DNA from: an uncultured Gammaproteobacteria bacterium
GTDB taxonomy: Bacteria > Pseudomonadota > Gammaproteobacteria > UBA6002
DNA: 64,000 nucleotides
Direction of reading: 5' to 3'
Assembly (NCBI GenBank): GCA_963705725.1
Contig: CAVPKM010000010.1
Coordinates: 12,264 to 76,263, forward strand
The translations under genes were made by a program, and so were the position numbers. The notes under the pieces were generated by a model, which was not told the DNA's origin, did no database searches, and saw only the letters and a program-made list of their open reading frames with translations. This document shows positions 50,915-63,900 of this stretch, piece after piece (positions within the stretch are counted from its first letter, which is position 1; each line of letters begins with the position of its first letter).

Positions 50915-51172
50915 TTACGCTTTTCCTTCTTTAAAGGCCAGCTCACCTTTTAATCGCCACTTGCAAATCGCTTCTTGATTCCGAGCCGTTAACCGCTCCT
51001 TTGCATCTAACAATAAGCCATATAAAAGCGCAGTAGTTTCACCATCAAGACCTGCTTTAATGATGAGACCACCAAGCTGTATTTTTTTTCTTGTCGCTGC
51101 TTTTCTATCAAGTTCTGTCATGCGCATTCTCAAGCGAATTAACTTTAGTCGTTGCTGGCGAATCTGGCGCAA
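50915..51172 (-). CDS. traD: Conjugal transfer protein TraD (Ti-type)
   Basis: RKAATRKKIQLGGLIIKAGLD...LYGLLL...W...G. Confidence 0.88.
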   Translation of the reverse strand: MRQIRQQRLKLIRLRMRMTELDRKAATRKKIQLGGLIIKAGLDGETTALLYGLLLDAKERLTARNQEAICKWRLKGELAFKEGKA

Positions 51173-51434
51173 TAATTTGCTTTCGTCTTTTTTTATTAAG
51201 GTAATCTTCTCCTAACTTTTCATAGTGTTTAATTTGATGCGGATGAGTGAGAATGGTGGCTTGATAATCGCTAAAAATACCTGCTATGCAAGCGTCTGAA
51301 TACATCAGTAGGTCAAATTCCTCAGCTAACTCGCCGATTCGATTTTTTCTTTTCTGCATTAATACCAATTCTTGTTCTTTTAGTTGATTTATTTTTTCTT
51401 GAAGCTGATGAATTTTATTTTGATATTGACTCAT
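51108..51434 (-). CDS. traC: Conjugal transfer protein TraC (Ti-type)
   Basis: N-terminal coiled coil, RIGELA...L; lies between oriT and traD. Confidence 0.65.
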   Translation of the reverse strand: MSQYQNKIHQLQEKINQLKEQELVLMQKRKNRIGELAEEFDLLMYSDACIAGIFSDYQATILTHPHQIKHYEKLGEDYLNKKRRKQIIAPDSPATTKVNSLENAHDRT

Positions 51435-51573
51435 CTTGACCTCTTGTTCTTTAAACTGAATTTATTTTAATCGATAAAATATTTCTTGTCTGTAGTCTAT
51501 TGAGACTACATTTTTTTTAATTCTCTTGAGATAAAATTAAATTTTAAAAACTCTAAACTTCGAAAATCATGAA

Positions 51574-51602
51574 CATGCGCACTTACACATCGCACGCGAT
51601 TT
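51574..51602 (-). other. MOBQ-type oriT / nic site
   Basis: Minus strand ATCGCGTGCGAT hairpin followed by GTGTAAGTGCGC (MOBQ core TAAGTGCGC), between divergent traC and traA. Confidence 0.85.
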
Positions 51603-51653
51603 TTTGGAATTAAAATAAAAATAACTTCTAATTTCTCTTGAGAAAAAAAGCAA

Positions 51654-54572
51654 ATGGCAATTTATCATCTTCACGTTAAAATACTCTCGCGAGGCAAAGG
51701 GCGAAATGTCATCGCCGCTGCTGCCTATCGACGTGCAGCTGAAATGCTGGATGAAAGAGAAGGGATCACTTATCAGTATAAAAATAAACCTGAGGTCATG
51801 CACAGTGAACTCACTGTTCCTGAATCAGCGCCTGATTGGTTACCACAACTTTTACTCGCGGGTTCCCATCAAGCTTCCGAGCGATTGTGGAATGTTGTAG
51901 AAAAAAATGAAAAAAGAATGGATGCTAGGTTAGCAAGAGAAATTGAATTTTCTCTTCCCAAAGAATTAACGCTCGATCAAAATATTGTCCTTGCTAGAAG
52001 TTTTATTACGGAAGCATTTGTTAAACTTGGCATGATTGCTGATTGGAGCGTGCATTGGGTGGATTCGAATCCGCACGTGCATGTGCTGCTCACTACCCGC
52101 GCAATTGAACATGATGGCTTTGGGAAAAAAGTCAGAAGCTGGGATGATAAAGCCCTGCTTTTTACTTGGCGCGCTAAATGGGCAGAAAAGGCAAACTATC
52201 ATCTAAGCCTCAACCTGATTGATGCACGTATCGATCATCGTTCTTATCAAGCACAAGGCATCGAGTTGATTCCCACTCAACACCTGGGTAGAGCGGCTGG
52301 TGAGATGCATCAACGCGGGATTCACATCGAGCGGTTAGGACAAACTCAAGCCATTAAAAAAATGAATTTAAAAAAAATCAAGCAAACACCCGAAGCACTT
52401 TTTAATCAACTGGCGCTTAGGAAATCTAGTTTCTCTCGTACGGATTTAATTGCTTCTTCGCTTTCCTATACTGAAAGCTCTAAAAATTTGCCTTTAACTT
52501 CCCTGCAAATAAAAACCCTTTTAGAAAAAATAGAAAAACATGATGCGGTTTTCTCAAGCCAAGCCCTTGCAAAAACGCTATTTGGCTTAATCAATGATTC
52601 CGAATCTTTTACTGCTGCATTTCAGCAGCTCCTCGCCTCTCCTCAGCTGCTTTCCTTGGGTTTGGGTGAAGATGGGCGAGAACGATTTAGTACGCGCACT
52701 TTATTTTCCATTGAAAAACAAATTGAAGAAATCGCTTTGCTCAAGTCGAGGCGCACGCATTTTTCAATGACGCCGGAACAATTGCAGCATAAACTTAGCC
52801 ATTATGAAGTCAAGCAGCAACAATTCTTTACCTCTGAGCAAAAGGAAGCGATTTCGCACTTGCTCAATCCTACCCAGCTCAGCTGCTTGGTTGGCCGGGC
52901 AGGAACAGGAAAAAGCTTTTCATTAGCTTTTTTGAGAGAAGTCTGGGAATCACAAGGGGTGAAGGTTTATGGCGTGGCTTTATCAGGTATTGCAGCAGAT
53001 GGCTTGAAAAAAGAGGCGGGATTAACTACGCATACCATTGCTGCTTTTCTATTAAAAGCTCAAAATTATCCCCATTTTCTTAAGAAAAATGATGTGATTG
53101 TCATGGATGAAGCGGGCATGTGTGATAGCCCATCAATGCTGAAGATGCTGGAATTAGCTAAACAAGCACAGGCAAAACTTGTTCTTATTGGAGATCCGCA
53201 ACAAGTGCAACCTGTTGGACCCGGCGCGACCTTTCGTGCGATTTTAGAGCAAGTGGGTTATGCTGAACTGCAAACGGTCTATCGACAGCAAGCGTTATGG
53301 CAGCAGCAAGCCACTCAGGCTTTTTCCCAAGGGAGAATTGAAAAAGCCATGGAGGCTTATCATGCCAAAGGCTGCGTGCATGTTGATCAGCATTCCCAGT
53401 CTTCACTTGAGCATCTGGTTTCGGATTGGTTTTTACTTCGTGCTAAAGAGGGGGGCTCCTTGAAGGATTATGCAGTGATTACGCATCGTAATCAGGATGT
53501 AGCGCGGCTCAATCATGCGATTCGAAGTGAGCGAATTTTAAGAAATGAAATTGATTCAGGAGCACAAGTAGCCACAACGAAAGGTGAAATATCACTTTCT
53601 TTAGGTGATCGGCTGTTATTTTTAAAAAACGATACGCGCTTAGGCGTGAACAATGGCCGCTTTGCTCATGTGGTAGCGCTTGACCTCAATGCTGCAGGGA
53701 AGGTAAAAAACTTGGTTTGTGAGCTCGATGGGACACAAACCAGGGTCTTGATTGATCCGATGCTTTATGGGGACTTTATGCACGGCTATGCGGCGACTGT
53801 TCATAAAACTCAAGGGATGACGGTGAAACATGCCTTTGTTTATATCGGGGGGAAAAGCTGGGACCGGCATCTGACTTATGTGGCGATGTCACGGCATAAG
53901 GCGAGCTGTCAGCTTTATGCTGATCGCACCACTTATCCTGGATTTAATCAATTAGCTACCTCTCTTGGTCGTGATGGATTGAAAGATAGCGTATTAGATT
54001 ATCCTTATGCTTTTGCTAAGCGAAGAAATATCCGGCCTAATGAAGGGGGTTTTCTAAAACATCTCACTGCGCGTTTAAAAAAATTTAAAGACGAGATTGT
54101 TCAAAAGCTAGGTGCCCTATCACAAAATGAATTAAATAGGCAGGCTACGGATACGCAAGCCTCTTCATTGGATAATAGTGATTCTTCAACTCAATTCAAG
54201 GCGTTGTTGCTTGAATACCTTGATTTGGAGCTTAAGCAAGAAGATTACCTTAAGCGCTTATATACCATACAAAATCCCTCAGCGAGGCAAGCAATGAAGG
54301 AAGAGATTTCAGCTGGAAGAAAAGCTATTGAAGCATTTGCTGGTTTATTTATTAAAAACCCTGCTCACCGCTATCGTTTAGAGGAAACAATTTCCCGTAA
54401 AATTTTACAAGCTGAAGCGTTTGATGGCTATTCTGCGATTAAAGACCGACTGAAAAACGAAACAGCCAATCACCAGGATATCTTATATCTGTTATCGCAA
54501 ATCAAAAAACGTAGTCAAAGCCAAGCCAGTCACCTAAAGCAGAGTCAGAATAAAGGTAGAGCACAACGGTGA
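51654..54572 (+). CDS. traA: Ti-type relaxase-helicase TraA (MobA/MobL + RecD-like)
   Basis: MAIYHL, AAAAYR, NPHVHVLLTTR, RIDHRS; GRAGTGKS, DEAGM and GYAATVHKTQG motifs. Confidence 0.95.
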   Translation: MAIYHLHVKILSRGKGRNVIAAAAYRRAAEMLDEREGITYQYKNKPEVMHSELTVPESAPDWLPQLLLAGSHQASERLWNVVEKNEKRMDARLAREIEFSLPKELTLDQNIVLARSFITEAFVKLGMIADWSVHWVDSNPHVHVLLTTRAIEHDGFGKKVRSWDDKALLFTWRAKWAEKANYHLSLNLIDARIDHRSYQAQGIELIPTQHLGRAAGEMHQRGIHIERLGQTQAIKKMNLKKIKQTPEALFNQLALRKSSFSRTDLIASSLSYTESSKNLPLTSLQIKTLLEKIEKHDAVFSSQALAKTLFGLINDSESFTAAFQQLLASPQLLSLGLGEDGRERFSTRTLFSIEKQIEEIALLKSRRTHFSMTPEQLQHKLSHYEVKQQQFFTSEQKEAISHLLNPTQLSCLVGRAGTGKSFSLAFLREVWESQGVKVYGVALSGIAADGLKKEAGLTTHTIAAFLLKAQNYPHFLKKNDVIVMDEAGMCDSPSMLKMLELAKQAQAKLVLIGDPQQVQPVGPGATFRAILEQVGYAELQTVYRQQALWQQQATQAFSQGRIEKAMEAYHAKGCVHVDQHSQSSLEHLVSDWFLLRAKEGGSLKDYAVITHRNQDVARLNHAIRSERILRNEIDSGAQVATTKGEISLSLGDRLLFLKNDTRLGVNNGRFAHVVALDLNAAGKVKNLVCELDGTQTRVLIDPMLYGDFMHGYAATVHKTQGMTVKHAFVYIGGKSWDRHLTYVAMSRHKASCQLYADRTTYPGFNQLATSLGRDGLKDSVLDYPYAFAKRRNIRPNEGGFLKHLTARLKKFKDEIVQKLGALSQNELNRQATDTQASSLDNSDSSTQFKALLLEYLDLELKQEDYLKRLYTIQNPSARQAMKEEISAGRKAIEAFAGLFIKNPAHRYRLEETISRKILQAEAFDGYSAIKDRLKNETANHQDILYLLSQIKKRSQSQASHLKQSQNKGRAQR

Positions 54573-54595
54573 GTAGCGAGGTCGTAATAGCCAGA

Positions 54596-54636
54596 GGGAG
54601 TGTTCAAAAAACTGTGTCAGTTTTTTGAACACTCCC
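54596..54636. terminator. 19-bp perfect hairpin between convergent traA and the immunity gene
   Basis: GGGAGTGTTCAAAAAACTG-TGT-CAGTTTTTTGAACACTCCC. Confidence 0.6.
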
Positions 54637-54680
54637 CAACTGCTGATCAGGTATAAACTTTTACAGCTAATATTTCCATA

Positions 54681-54971
54681 TTATTCAACTACAACTCCTA
54701 TATTTTGGAATTCCATAGCTTCAGTAAAATTTATTAAAATTTCTTCCTGCTTTTCTTTAGATACCAGTGTTCCATCATCCCATTTTACGAATGCATTAGG
54801 GCTAACTATTTCACAAAATCTACCGTCAGATAAACGCCCATTATCAACTTCAATGGATAGGCATTTATTTCCTTCTCGATATTCAATTGTAAATCGTCCA
54901 ACTGATTGAACTATAAATCCTTTACTACTTTTTACACCTTGCTTATTTATCCATGTAAACATTTTTAACAC
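54681..54971 (-). CDS. Immunity protein, Imm74-like
   Basis: 96 aa, GF.V...GR..IEYREG.K...I......I......KWD; starts 10 bp after the toxin stop. Confidence 0.75.
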   Translation of the reverse strand: MLKMFTWINKQGVKSSKGFIVQSVGRFTIEYREGNKCLSIEVDNGRLSDGRFCEIVSPNAFVKWDDGTLVSKEKQEEILINFTEAMEFQNIGVVVE

Positions 54972-54980
54972 TTCTTTTAA

Positions 54981-57900
54981 TTAATATCCAAAATAATACT
55001 TTGGCTTTATATTTAATTCATCTAGACCTAAAATATTTCTATTCATCAATATTTCTACTTGCTCCTTCCTATAAATACTGGATGGTTTAACGTTGCCAAT
55101 AAGCGATCTTACTTGACCGCTAGCTTGTTGAATCATTCGACTCGAAACATTAGACCATATCTGAAATATTTCTTCACGTGTAAATGGCGAATTTTGTGAG
55201 AACAGATTCAAATCATCAAGCCATTTTCCGCCTGCAGTCATTTCTAAAGTCACACCACCATTAGCTGCCGCATATTCTTGTGAGATGAGCTTTCCTTTCC
55301 CATCTTTACCTAAACCAGACCACAGAATAAGTTGATTTCTAGGTGTTTTCAAACCTAACTGATCAACATAATCAACAATTTGTTCTGGAGCCCAGCCTTC
55401 CAAAGAGTGTTTCGTTAGCGGGAAAGTGGAAGCTATTTCCTCTGACTTAATAAAAAATTTTGCTACTTGATTAGTTATTAAATGCTCCTGGCTAGCCATA
55501 ATTAAACCAAGAGCTGCAATCTCGCTAGTAATTAAACCAGCTGTTTCACCCAATCCCATCCCAAAATAGTACTCTGACTTTTGCACAATATTCATGCCTG
55601 AAGTATCAACAGGATCAAAAGTAAAACCAGCAACGATTCCTTCTTTTACTATTGCTTCATTTTCTAACATTTTTTGCGCAACGCTGTTTATAAATTGATT
55701 GGTTGTATCAATCTTCTCCGCTATCTTTAAAAGCGGTTCATCAAAGGTAGCTGGGCCATCATTACTGTTTGTTGGAGTTTGATCACACTCATTTTGCTCT
55801 CTTCTAAAAGCTGACAACTGGTAAATAGGAATAGGCGTTTGAAAGTCATTTTGATCATTAAAGCAATTCAGATCGCTGCCTTGGTCAAAGGCATTGTGCC
55901 TAAATAAGTTCTCACCTAGCACTCCATTTATTTGCTGCTCAAGATCTCCCGTTTCCCAGTTGGATAATGCACTTTCCCAATCTTTTGGTGGATTAACACT
56001 TTCTTGATAGTCTTTTACAGTTTGTTTTTGTGCTAAAGCATGATGTTGAGCAGGGAGTGTAGTCATATACAACGGATCTCTATCGCTTTCATATTCCACA
56101 TGAAAATAAGGACCATTCTGCCCTTCTGCTGGCCGATTATCTAAATAGAAAGGGGAATACGTTTTGCCTTGATCTTGAAATGGTTGCGAATAATATTTTT
56201 CATCTCTTGTATAATTTTCTGATTTTATTTTGCCGCTTTCATCTTGAACGGAAATTTTGCTTTCTGTCACCGTTTTATTGTGATCTGAATAAGAAGTCGC
56301 TTCCCACTTCCATTTGTTGGCATTTTCGTTAACAAGATTGCCTAAACCTAAACTGGCATTAAATTCTGATAAGGCAGCGGCTTGCCAAGGCTCAAGGCTG
56401 GTTTGATCTTGATTTTGTTCTCGGTTTTCTTCTTGTGCTTCTGAGCTGGGGTGACTTTCATGTTCCTCTTTACTGGAATCTGCTTTATCTTCTGTCTGAC
56501 TAGAGAGAGGATTAGCCAGTGCTTCATCTTGATTAATCGGATGAATCAACTCATCATATTCTTCTGGATCTTGAACTTCTTCCTCATCATCATCCCCGCC
56601 ACCGTTGTTATTATCATGATAATTTTCTCTATGGCTATGCTCTTTAGAATAAATAGGGAAATCGGGATCCTTTGGAGGAGGGGACGTCGCATCCGTTTGA
56701 TCCACCTGATTGAATCCTAATTGATCATGCAAGTATGCTGCATTTTCTTTGAAGTTTTGGATGACTCCTTCATTGAGGTTGGGAATGGCAACATGCCAGT
56801 TGTGTGAAGTATTTTTAATCACTTCTGTCTGGTGTGCGGCATCGACAATGGGGTCTCCAGTTGTATTTCCATGGATAGGGCTGCCGGCACCATCGATCAC
56901 CGAATGCACCTTTGCCTGATAATCTTGATGAGTAAAATTTAAATCGGTTGTGGTAATCGGAAAACTTTGTAAGTTAGGGGGAATTAAATGGTTCATTTGG
57001 GTATTCGGATCAAAGGCTTTAACATTGCCAGAGAGACCCAAGCCACTGGTTTTTGAATGTTGCCTCACGTCCTTCGAGATCGTTTGATCCGCAGTAAAAT
57101 GATTCACGCCATTTGAAGTAATCTCGCCGCCTTCTGAGTAATACGTGCCAACGCTCAGCTCCTTGGTGTTTTCATTAATGGCCGTGTTCACATGAATGCC
57201 CGCCACTTGATCGACCCTGCTCTCATGATGGGTTTGGTCATTCACATTAAAATTGCCGTTGGTATTGGCGCCCAAGCTCTCACATCGGCTTTCTGATTCA
57301 CTGGCTCTGGTAATAATCGTTAAGTGCTCAATTGCGCCTTTTAATTGATTGGTTTCAAGGTTTGCGCCATCAAGTATCGTCTCTTTGGTATGAAGCGTGG
57401 TGATGCCCCCTACTTGAACTAAGTCATTCACCTGGGTGGTACTGCGGGAGGTTTGATGATCCCAGGACGCGCCTACCTCATAAGGATTCCCGCTTGCAGA
57501 AGCGGCCACACTTAAAGTGGTCTTTGTTTCCTCGTTTTCCGCCTTAAGCGCTATCCCAGATATTTTAAAGGTTTTTGCTTCTACATCTAAATCTTTTGCT
57601 ATCTGCATCGGCAAGGCGTTTAACGCTAAGGTATCCTCGATATCAAAATGTGCAGAGCCCGCAACAATGCCCCCTTGACCTAAAGACTCTTGGCTCCCAT
57701 GTGAGGTTGTCCACGTTACATTCACGCCGATTTGCGGGGCATAAAGATTCGGTAATTCTTGCTTTAATGCTTCTTGTAGTAATGTCCCGGTGCGAAGACC
57801 ATTTAATAAGCCATTTGCTGTATTAGCTAACGCAATACCGGTACTCGCGCTATTCAGTAACGCCTCTCCCATGCCAGTTGAATGGCTTAATTGCTGCAAT

Positions 57901-60900
57901 TGGTTGAAGAGTGGGTCCCCGCTCCAAAGCGGCGTCTGGTTATTTTCCTGATGGCAGTTTGCGAGGTTTTGATGACATAACGTGATCCCCAAACCAAAGC
58001 TTGATTTGTCGTGGGTATGGGTGAGCGGCGTCAAGCTTGCTGTAAAATCTTTGGCCTTAGCCTCAAGATGACCGGGCGTCACTAAAGCGGTATCGGAAAT
58101 TTTGATATGATGATCGCTTAAAAGCGTGATGCCGGTTTGATCATAGACGATAGTCGGGGCGATCTCTTCCTCTACCTGGTGCTCCTTAGTATAGAAGGGG
58201 CCGGTGCGCCGGGTTTGCGTGGTGTCAACAAAGGTGGGTAGGCCATGTAAATTAATGTCATCTTTAGCATGAAGGAGCGTACCTTGCTCGGCTTCAAACG
58301 CACTCGCTTCCGCCTCTATGGCCCCTTGGGTGGATTCAATTATATTCTGCCCATGGGTACTGACAATTTGGGAGGTCCCTACAACCGGAGCATGCGTGGT
58401 AGTCTCCTCCTTGATTAAGCCAAAATCTTTTGATAGGGACTCGCGGTTACTGATGTAAGTACTGACCTTAGCTGTGCTTTCAAAGCCAAGGTCCGCTAGT
58501 ATCACGTTGCTGCCACCGCTTTGAATCCAGGAAGCCTCATTTTCTACCTTGCCTGTCGTATGAAGGTAGCAACCGACGCCTTCGTGATCCTTGCCATCCC
58601 CGCCCAATAAATACGAGGGGCGATAGGTTTCATGCGTATCAAATTCACCCACGACTGGCTCGATTCCGCAGACATTATGCACATTTCTGGCTTCAATATG
58701 CAGCCAGTTTAATCCTTGGAGGATTCCGCCATTTAAGTTATATAAATCTTCTTGCAAAAATGCACTCAAGGTTTTGCTTAAAAAGCTTTGGCCATTATTG
58801 ATTAAATTGGCTGCCTTAACTTGGGCGTCTTCTGAGAGTAAGCGAGTAGAAATCGGTTTTTTATCAGGATTTTTGCTGTTGACATCTAAGATGAGATTGT
58901 GGGCGGCGTCTAATGAAAGATGAGTAGACATCGCCTCAACACCGGCTAATTGGATATCTGCTCCGCTTTCCATGGCTAAAGTTTCGGCAGAGAGATGGAT
59001 CGGGTGATAAGCCCCTAGATTTAACGCGCTGGCTGTTTGGTAGGCCGGGAGCGAATAAAGGGGCACCGGGGTGGTGGGGCTCGCCGGAGCGTAAGTATAA
59101 ACAGGCAGCCATTGATTGCCGACTTTTATATAAGTGCGGACTTCGTGAAAATGTGCGCCTGGCTCAAGATGACCTGCCATCACCCCTTTCTTACCATAGG
59201 CTTCCAGTAATTTTCCGCCTGAGATGTCATCATAGACTTTAACGGCGCCTTCTTTCGCATAAAGCGAGGTGCCGGCTACCGTGTGAATGGCTTTAGCTAC
59301 CCAAATATTTCCCACCGTGCTCTCTAAGTGCAGGGAATTCAGCCACTGCTCCGCTTGATTTCTGACGCTTTTTCCCACAATGGTTGCATTTTTTGCTGAA
59401 GTGATGGGAAGATAAAGTGCGACATCCACATCATTGATCAAGGTTAATTGCTCTACGGCGAGATTTTTATCCGAAATGAGGTCGTTTACCGCTTGGTTGC
59501 TGAGATGACTATCAATAGCCAGCTCCCCAATGCCATCGATCTTTCCGTTTCGCTCAAGACAAGGGGTGTTGATCAATAATTTCGCATCTTTATCTTCAAG
59601 GTGGAGCGAAGAAGAGGGCGTTAAGGTTACCCGCTTATCGCTATTCAGGCTTAAGAGGTGATGGATGTGGACCTGATCCGTTAACTCTGTTATGTGCGAG
59701 TCGATGCCGACATTATCTGTGCTGAGGTGGTTGCCTATTGCTTGACCGACAGACTCGCCTTGGAAAGCACAGTTTTTTAAAGCCGTCTCTTGTTCTCCTG
59801 CCAAAAACTGCTGACTGCCTTCAAAACACGTATTCACCGCCTCCGTATCCGCGCTAAACGCAAATTGCCCTTCGATCAGGTTGGCGCTTTTTTCCTCTGA
59901 GACGAAGTGATTATGACCGAGTAAACTTCCTCCTGCTTTACTGACAATATGGGAGGCATTGGCTTCAAGTAGGCTTCCTCGTTCGCCCTCTAAGTGTTTG
60001 CCGCTTAAGGTGCTGTGATCTAGTCGCACGTGGCTGGATGCCTCTAGCTTGAGCGTCTCTTTTCCTTCTATAGTAGAATGGGTTGCAGCTAACGTTCCAG
60101 CTAGGTGGCTTGGGGAGTCAATGATCAGTGAAGAATCTTCCAGCACCAACGTTTGCGCAGCGCCTTGATGGAGGGTGCCAATTTGTCCTGAGGATGACCA
60201 AAAAGTGGTGTTGCCCTCTAAAAGATCGGCCTGTTTGATTTGAACTAGCAGATGATCTGCTTCAAGATTGGCTGTTTGGCCCGTTGCTAAGTGGTCGAGC
60301 TTAATGAGTCCGCTATGGGCAGTGAGCTCGCCATTGACGTAGGCTTCCTTTGCTATCAAGGTCTCACTTTGTACTAAGCGCGCGCCGCCTGCTTGCAGGT
60401 AGGTATGGGCATTTAGATTGCCAACCGCCGCTAACTGGTCGTTATGTAGATTGAGGGTAATAAAATGATTTTGAAAGCAGGTTCCTGCTACTTGCTGGTT
60501 GCCAATTGCAGCGCCAACTAGGGCCATTTCATTATAAAGGCCCGTGGCACTGATGCCACTATGGAAGGATATTAAGCTTTGATTGGTGATACTGCCACCA
60601 AAGAGTCCCATTATGCTTGGAAACACACTCAACAAGCTGTCGTGGCTGGCTTGGATTTGATCTGACAACGTAGCCATGGCTTGGGGCAGATTGTAACTAA
60701 ACTCAGTGAAAAAAGTTGCGCTGACTAAGAGATTTTTTAGAGCGGTCATGAGGGAGACGACATCTCTTAACTGGATTTTATTGCCGGCTTGATGCCTTGA
60801 AATAAGCGCTTCGACTTCTTGGCGGACGGTTAAGCCATTTAAGGCGAGTTGCAGTAATAAGTTGATGGCAGTTAAGATCAAATTGATTGAAATGCCGGTG

Positions 60901-63900
60901 TCTGGGGTGAGTACCATCAGGAGCTTGCCGGTAATGGTGGCCAGTTGCAAGGCATTAGCCGCGCTACTGACCAAGAAGGCTTTGCCATCTATGGCATCGT
61001 AATAGTCTTGAATCAGCTCTCTGATCGATTGATCTTTAAAAAATAAGCTGTCGAAGGTCTCGCCAAAAAACGAGACTAAGCTTTTGAGGGATTTTAGAAA
61101 GGTGAGATTTAAGCTTAAATCGAGGCTCACGAAGTTAGAGCGGCTTAAATGTTTGACATTGACCAAGCCGATGCTCACATCTAAAAAAGCATTGATCTGG
61201 GCGACTTGATCTGCTTCCACGTTAGTGAGCAGATTTAAATAAAAGGCAGTGTTGATTTTGATGGATTTTCCTGAGAGTTGCCCTCCCTTTCCTTCTTTGA
61301 GGGCGTGAAACGCTTCGCTTTTTAAGACGCCGCTCATGACGGATTCATCAAAACCTAAATTTAGGCTGTCGGCGGCGGAAATATTGCCGGTATGCCAGCA
61401 GGTTTTGCCGCTTAACTTGATGTGCGCGCTTGAGATCATGGTGCCTTCTGGAAAGATTTCTAGTGCTTCCTCAGTTTCGCCATAAATACTATCTTGAGAT
61501 TCGATAGCGCCGTAGAGCTTTATGCTGTGGCTGCGGGTGACGAATAATCCCGCTGTTTGTATGCGCGCGCCCTGATCGAGGTAGGCGCCACTACTTGCTA
61601 GGAGGAAATTAGCGGCTGGCTTGGATTCCTGCTTAGCCGGTTTATCGACTTCTCCTCCCTCATTAGGCAATATGGGAGGAGTCAACCCTGTCGCTTGGCT
61701 TTTGAGTATGGATCGAGAACTAGCAAACAGCTGTTCACATAACACACTGAAATACGCTTGAGTGTCGACTTCTCCATCGATTTGCAATCCCTTGGTTTGG
61801 ATCACAAATTGCTTAGCTACATGGGGATTATTGCTTTCCTCTAACGGTTTGAGTTTTCCTTTAAGCAAGGTGTTCTCAGTAAATGCATAAAAATCGTCAC
61901 AAAATAGCTGGCCTTTTTTAATGAACCGATCGCAGTAGAGCAGTAACACATTCGCTTTAATGACAGATTTTGAACTAAAAAATACGGCTTCATCGCTATG
62001 GAGCGCAAGCTTTTGGCAAGCGATTTCTCCACGTGCTAACAGGCTTTCGCTGCTAATGGCTAGATGAGTGGCTTGAATGCAGCTCCTTTGACAGAGTTTG
62101 GCTTGATTGCCCGCTTCTAGCGAAATCGCTTCTCCCTTTAATTGACCGCGAATAAAAAGCTGATCTGCTGAAGTTATGCTTAGTTGTTTGCTGTGAAGGA
62201 TGCCATGCCTTGATAGACTCAGCAGTTTTTCTGCTGAAAACTGCACGGTATCAACGATTATCTCTCCGCCGCATTCAATCGCTTCTGCCCTCACCTGCAA
62301 GCATGCCTCTTGGCCTTTTGGGACTACATTGCTAATTTTTGCAGATTTCTCAATCCGCACCTGCTGCCCTTCAAACACTGCTTGCTGACTCGCCAGCTTG
62401 CCAGCCAGCACACTTTGTTTTGCCTCTACGTTTAACTGCTCGCAGGAGAGATCCCCAGTCTCTTTAAACGTAAATATCTCACAGAAAATTTGTAGGTGGC
62501 TCAGCACATTCAGCACTGAAGATAAATAGATTTCTCCTTCCGAAAAAACTTGCAGTGCCTGGATCGGTGCCATCCAGTTAAGGCGACTTAAGTCAAAGGT
62601 TTTTGACAGCACATAAAGAAAGACTTCGCCCGCTACGTTAATTACATAGCCTTCGATTTCCCCTGCTTTGCTGTAAAATACTTCACGAGTTGTCACTGCC
62701 TCTTGATAGTTTTTTAGGAAACGGGCTTTTCCTCCCTCATCTGGACTGCTTCTTGCTAAGGCAATCTGGTGTTTTCGAAGCAGTTCGGTATCAATGGGAG
62801 AAATCGCGGCTAAGGATTTTTCCTTAGCTAAGGCCATCACTTCTTCCACCACAATGGGTCCCGAAGCAGCGGAATCACTCAAGTGCTGGCGAGGAGCATA
62901 AGGGCTACCTTGGGAGCAATAAGTGAGTAAAATCCCTTCATCAAGCGCCTGCAACCTTTTTGTTAAGGCTTTGCGTAATTGCCCCTGTTCCGCTTGGGTA
63001 AACTTCCCTCCGCCCTTAGGGTCATGAAGCTGCAAGGCAATCTCACACTCCTGGCCTTGTTTTTGAATCGTGATCTCGGTGGTTAGCCATATTTGATTGC
63101 GGCAATAAGGGAAAAGGACCTGGATCTCTGTATTTTTTTCTGAAGATAACAGGATCGCGAGGTCTGAAAAGTTTGAAAAGGCAGAGCGATCATCGGTTTG
63201 GGTGGATTCTGACTGCGTAGCGAAATCAATATAAAAGGCAATGGGTTTAGCGCTTTCTTCATCTCCGCCTACTGCCGGAAGAATCAAGGTATGCCAGGAA
63301 GCCACATTTAACAGCGACTGAAATCCTGCCTTGATCCCGCCCAGCTGCTGAATTTTCTGCTCAAGCAAAAAATTCATGGCGGCTTCATCATAGCCAGCAG
63401 GAGAAAGCAAGGGTGGCAGCAAGAAACGACTTTCGGCACATGCCTTTGGAAAAAACCCCTGCTGACTAAAAAAATCTAGCTCCGTTAGAAACTGCCCGTT
63501 AAGTCTCAACCACGAAGCTTCAAACGCTTGTTGCTTAGCTTTTTTCTCCTGATGCAGCACCGCAGAAGAAACCTGGGTCATCGCTTGATCTTGATCGCCT
63601 AACACCAGCCATACCGCAAGGTGCTGGGTGCGTTTTAATGCGCGCGTGAGCAGCGTAATATCGCCTGACAATTTGCAGCTAAGCAGCGTTATCCTAAGGG
63701 GTTTATTCTCTCTCGCCTTATCCTGCTCCTCAATGAAGGCCTTAATTTTTAATAATGCAGTTTTATCAAGTGGCAACCCACTTAAATCCAGTGAAGCAAT
63801 CGGTTTAAGTAATATCACGTCAAGCAGGGCATGGACTTCCTCATTTGATAACACATGATGGCGTAAATTCACCTCCTCGATGACAGGCATACGCGCTAAA

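Noticed and set aside
2589-63858. Numerous 60-130-aa ORFs overlapping long genes (e.g. 2589..2873, 12670..12987, 16710..17027, 47311..47706, 54625..54909)
   Set aside because: Antisense or alternate-frame shadows of well-supported CDSs with no recognisable motifs
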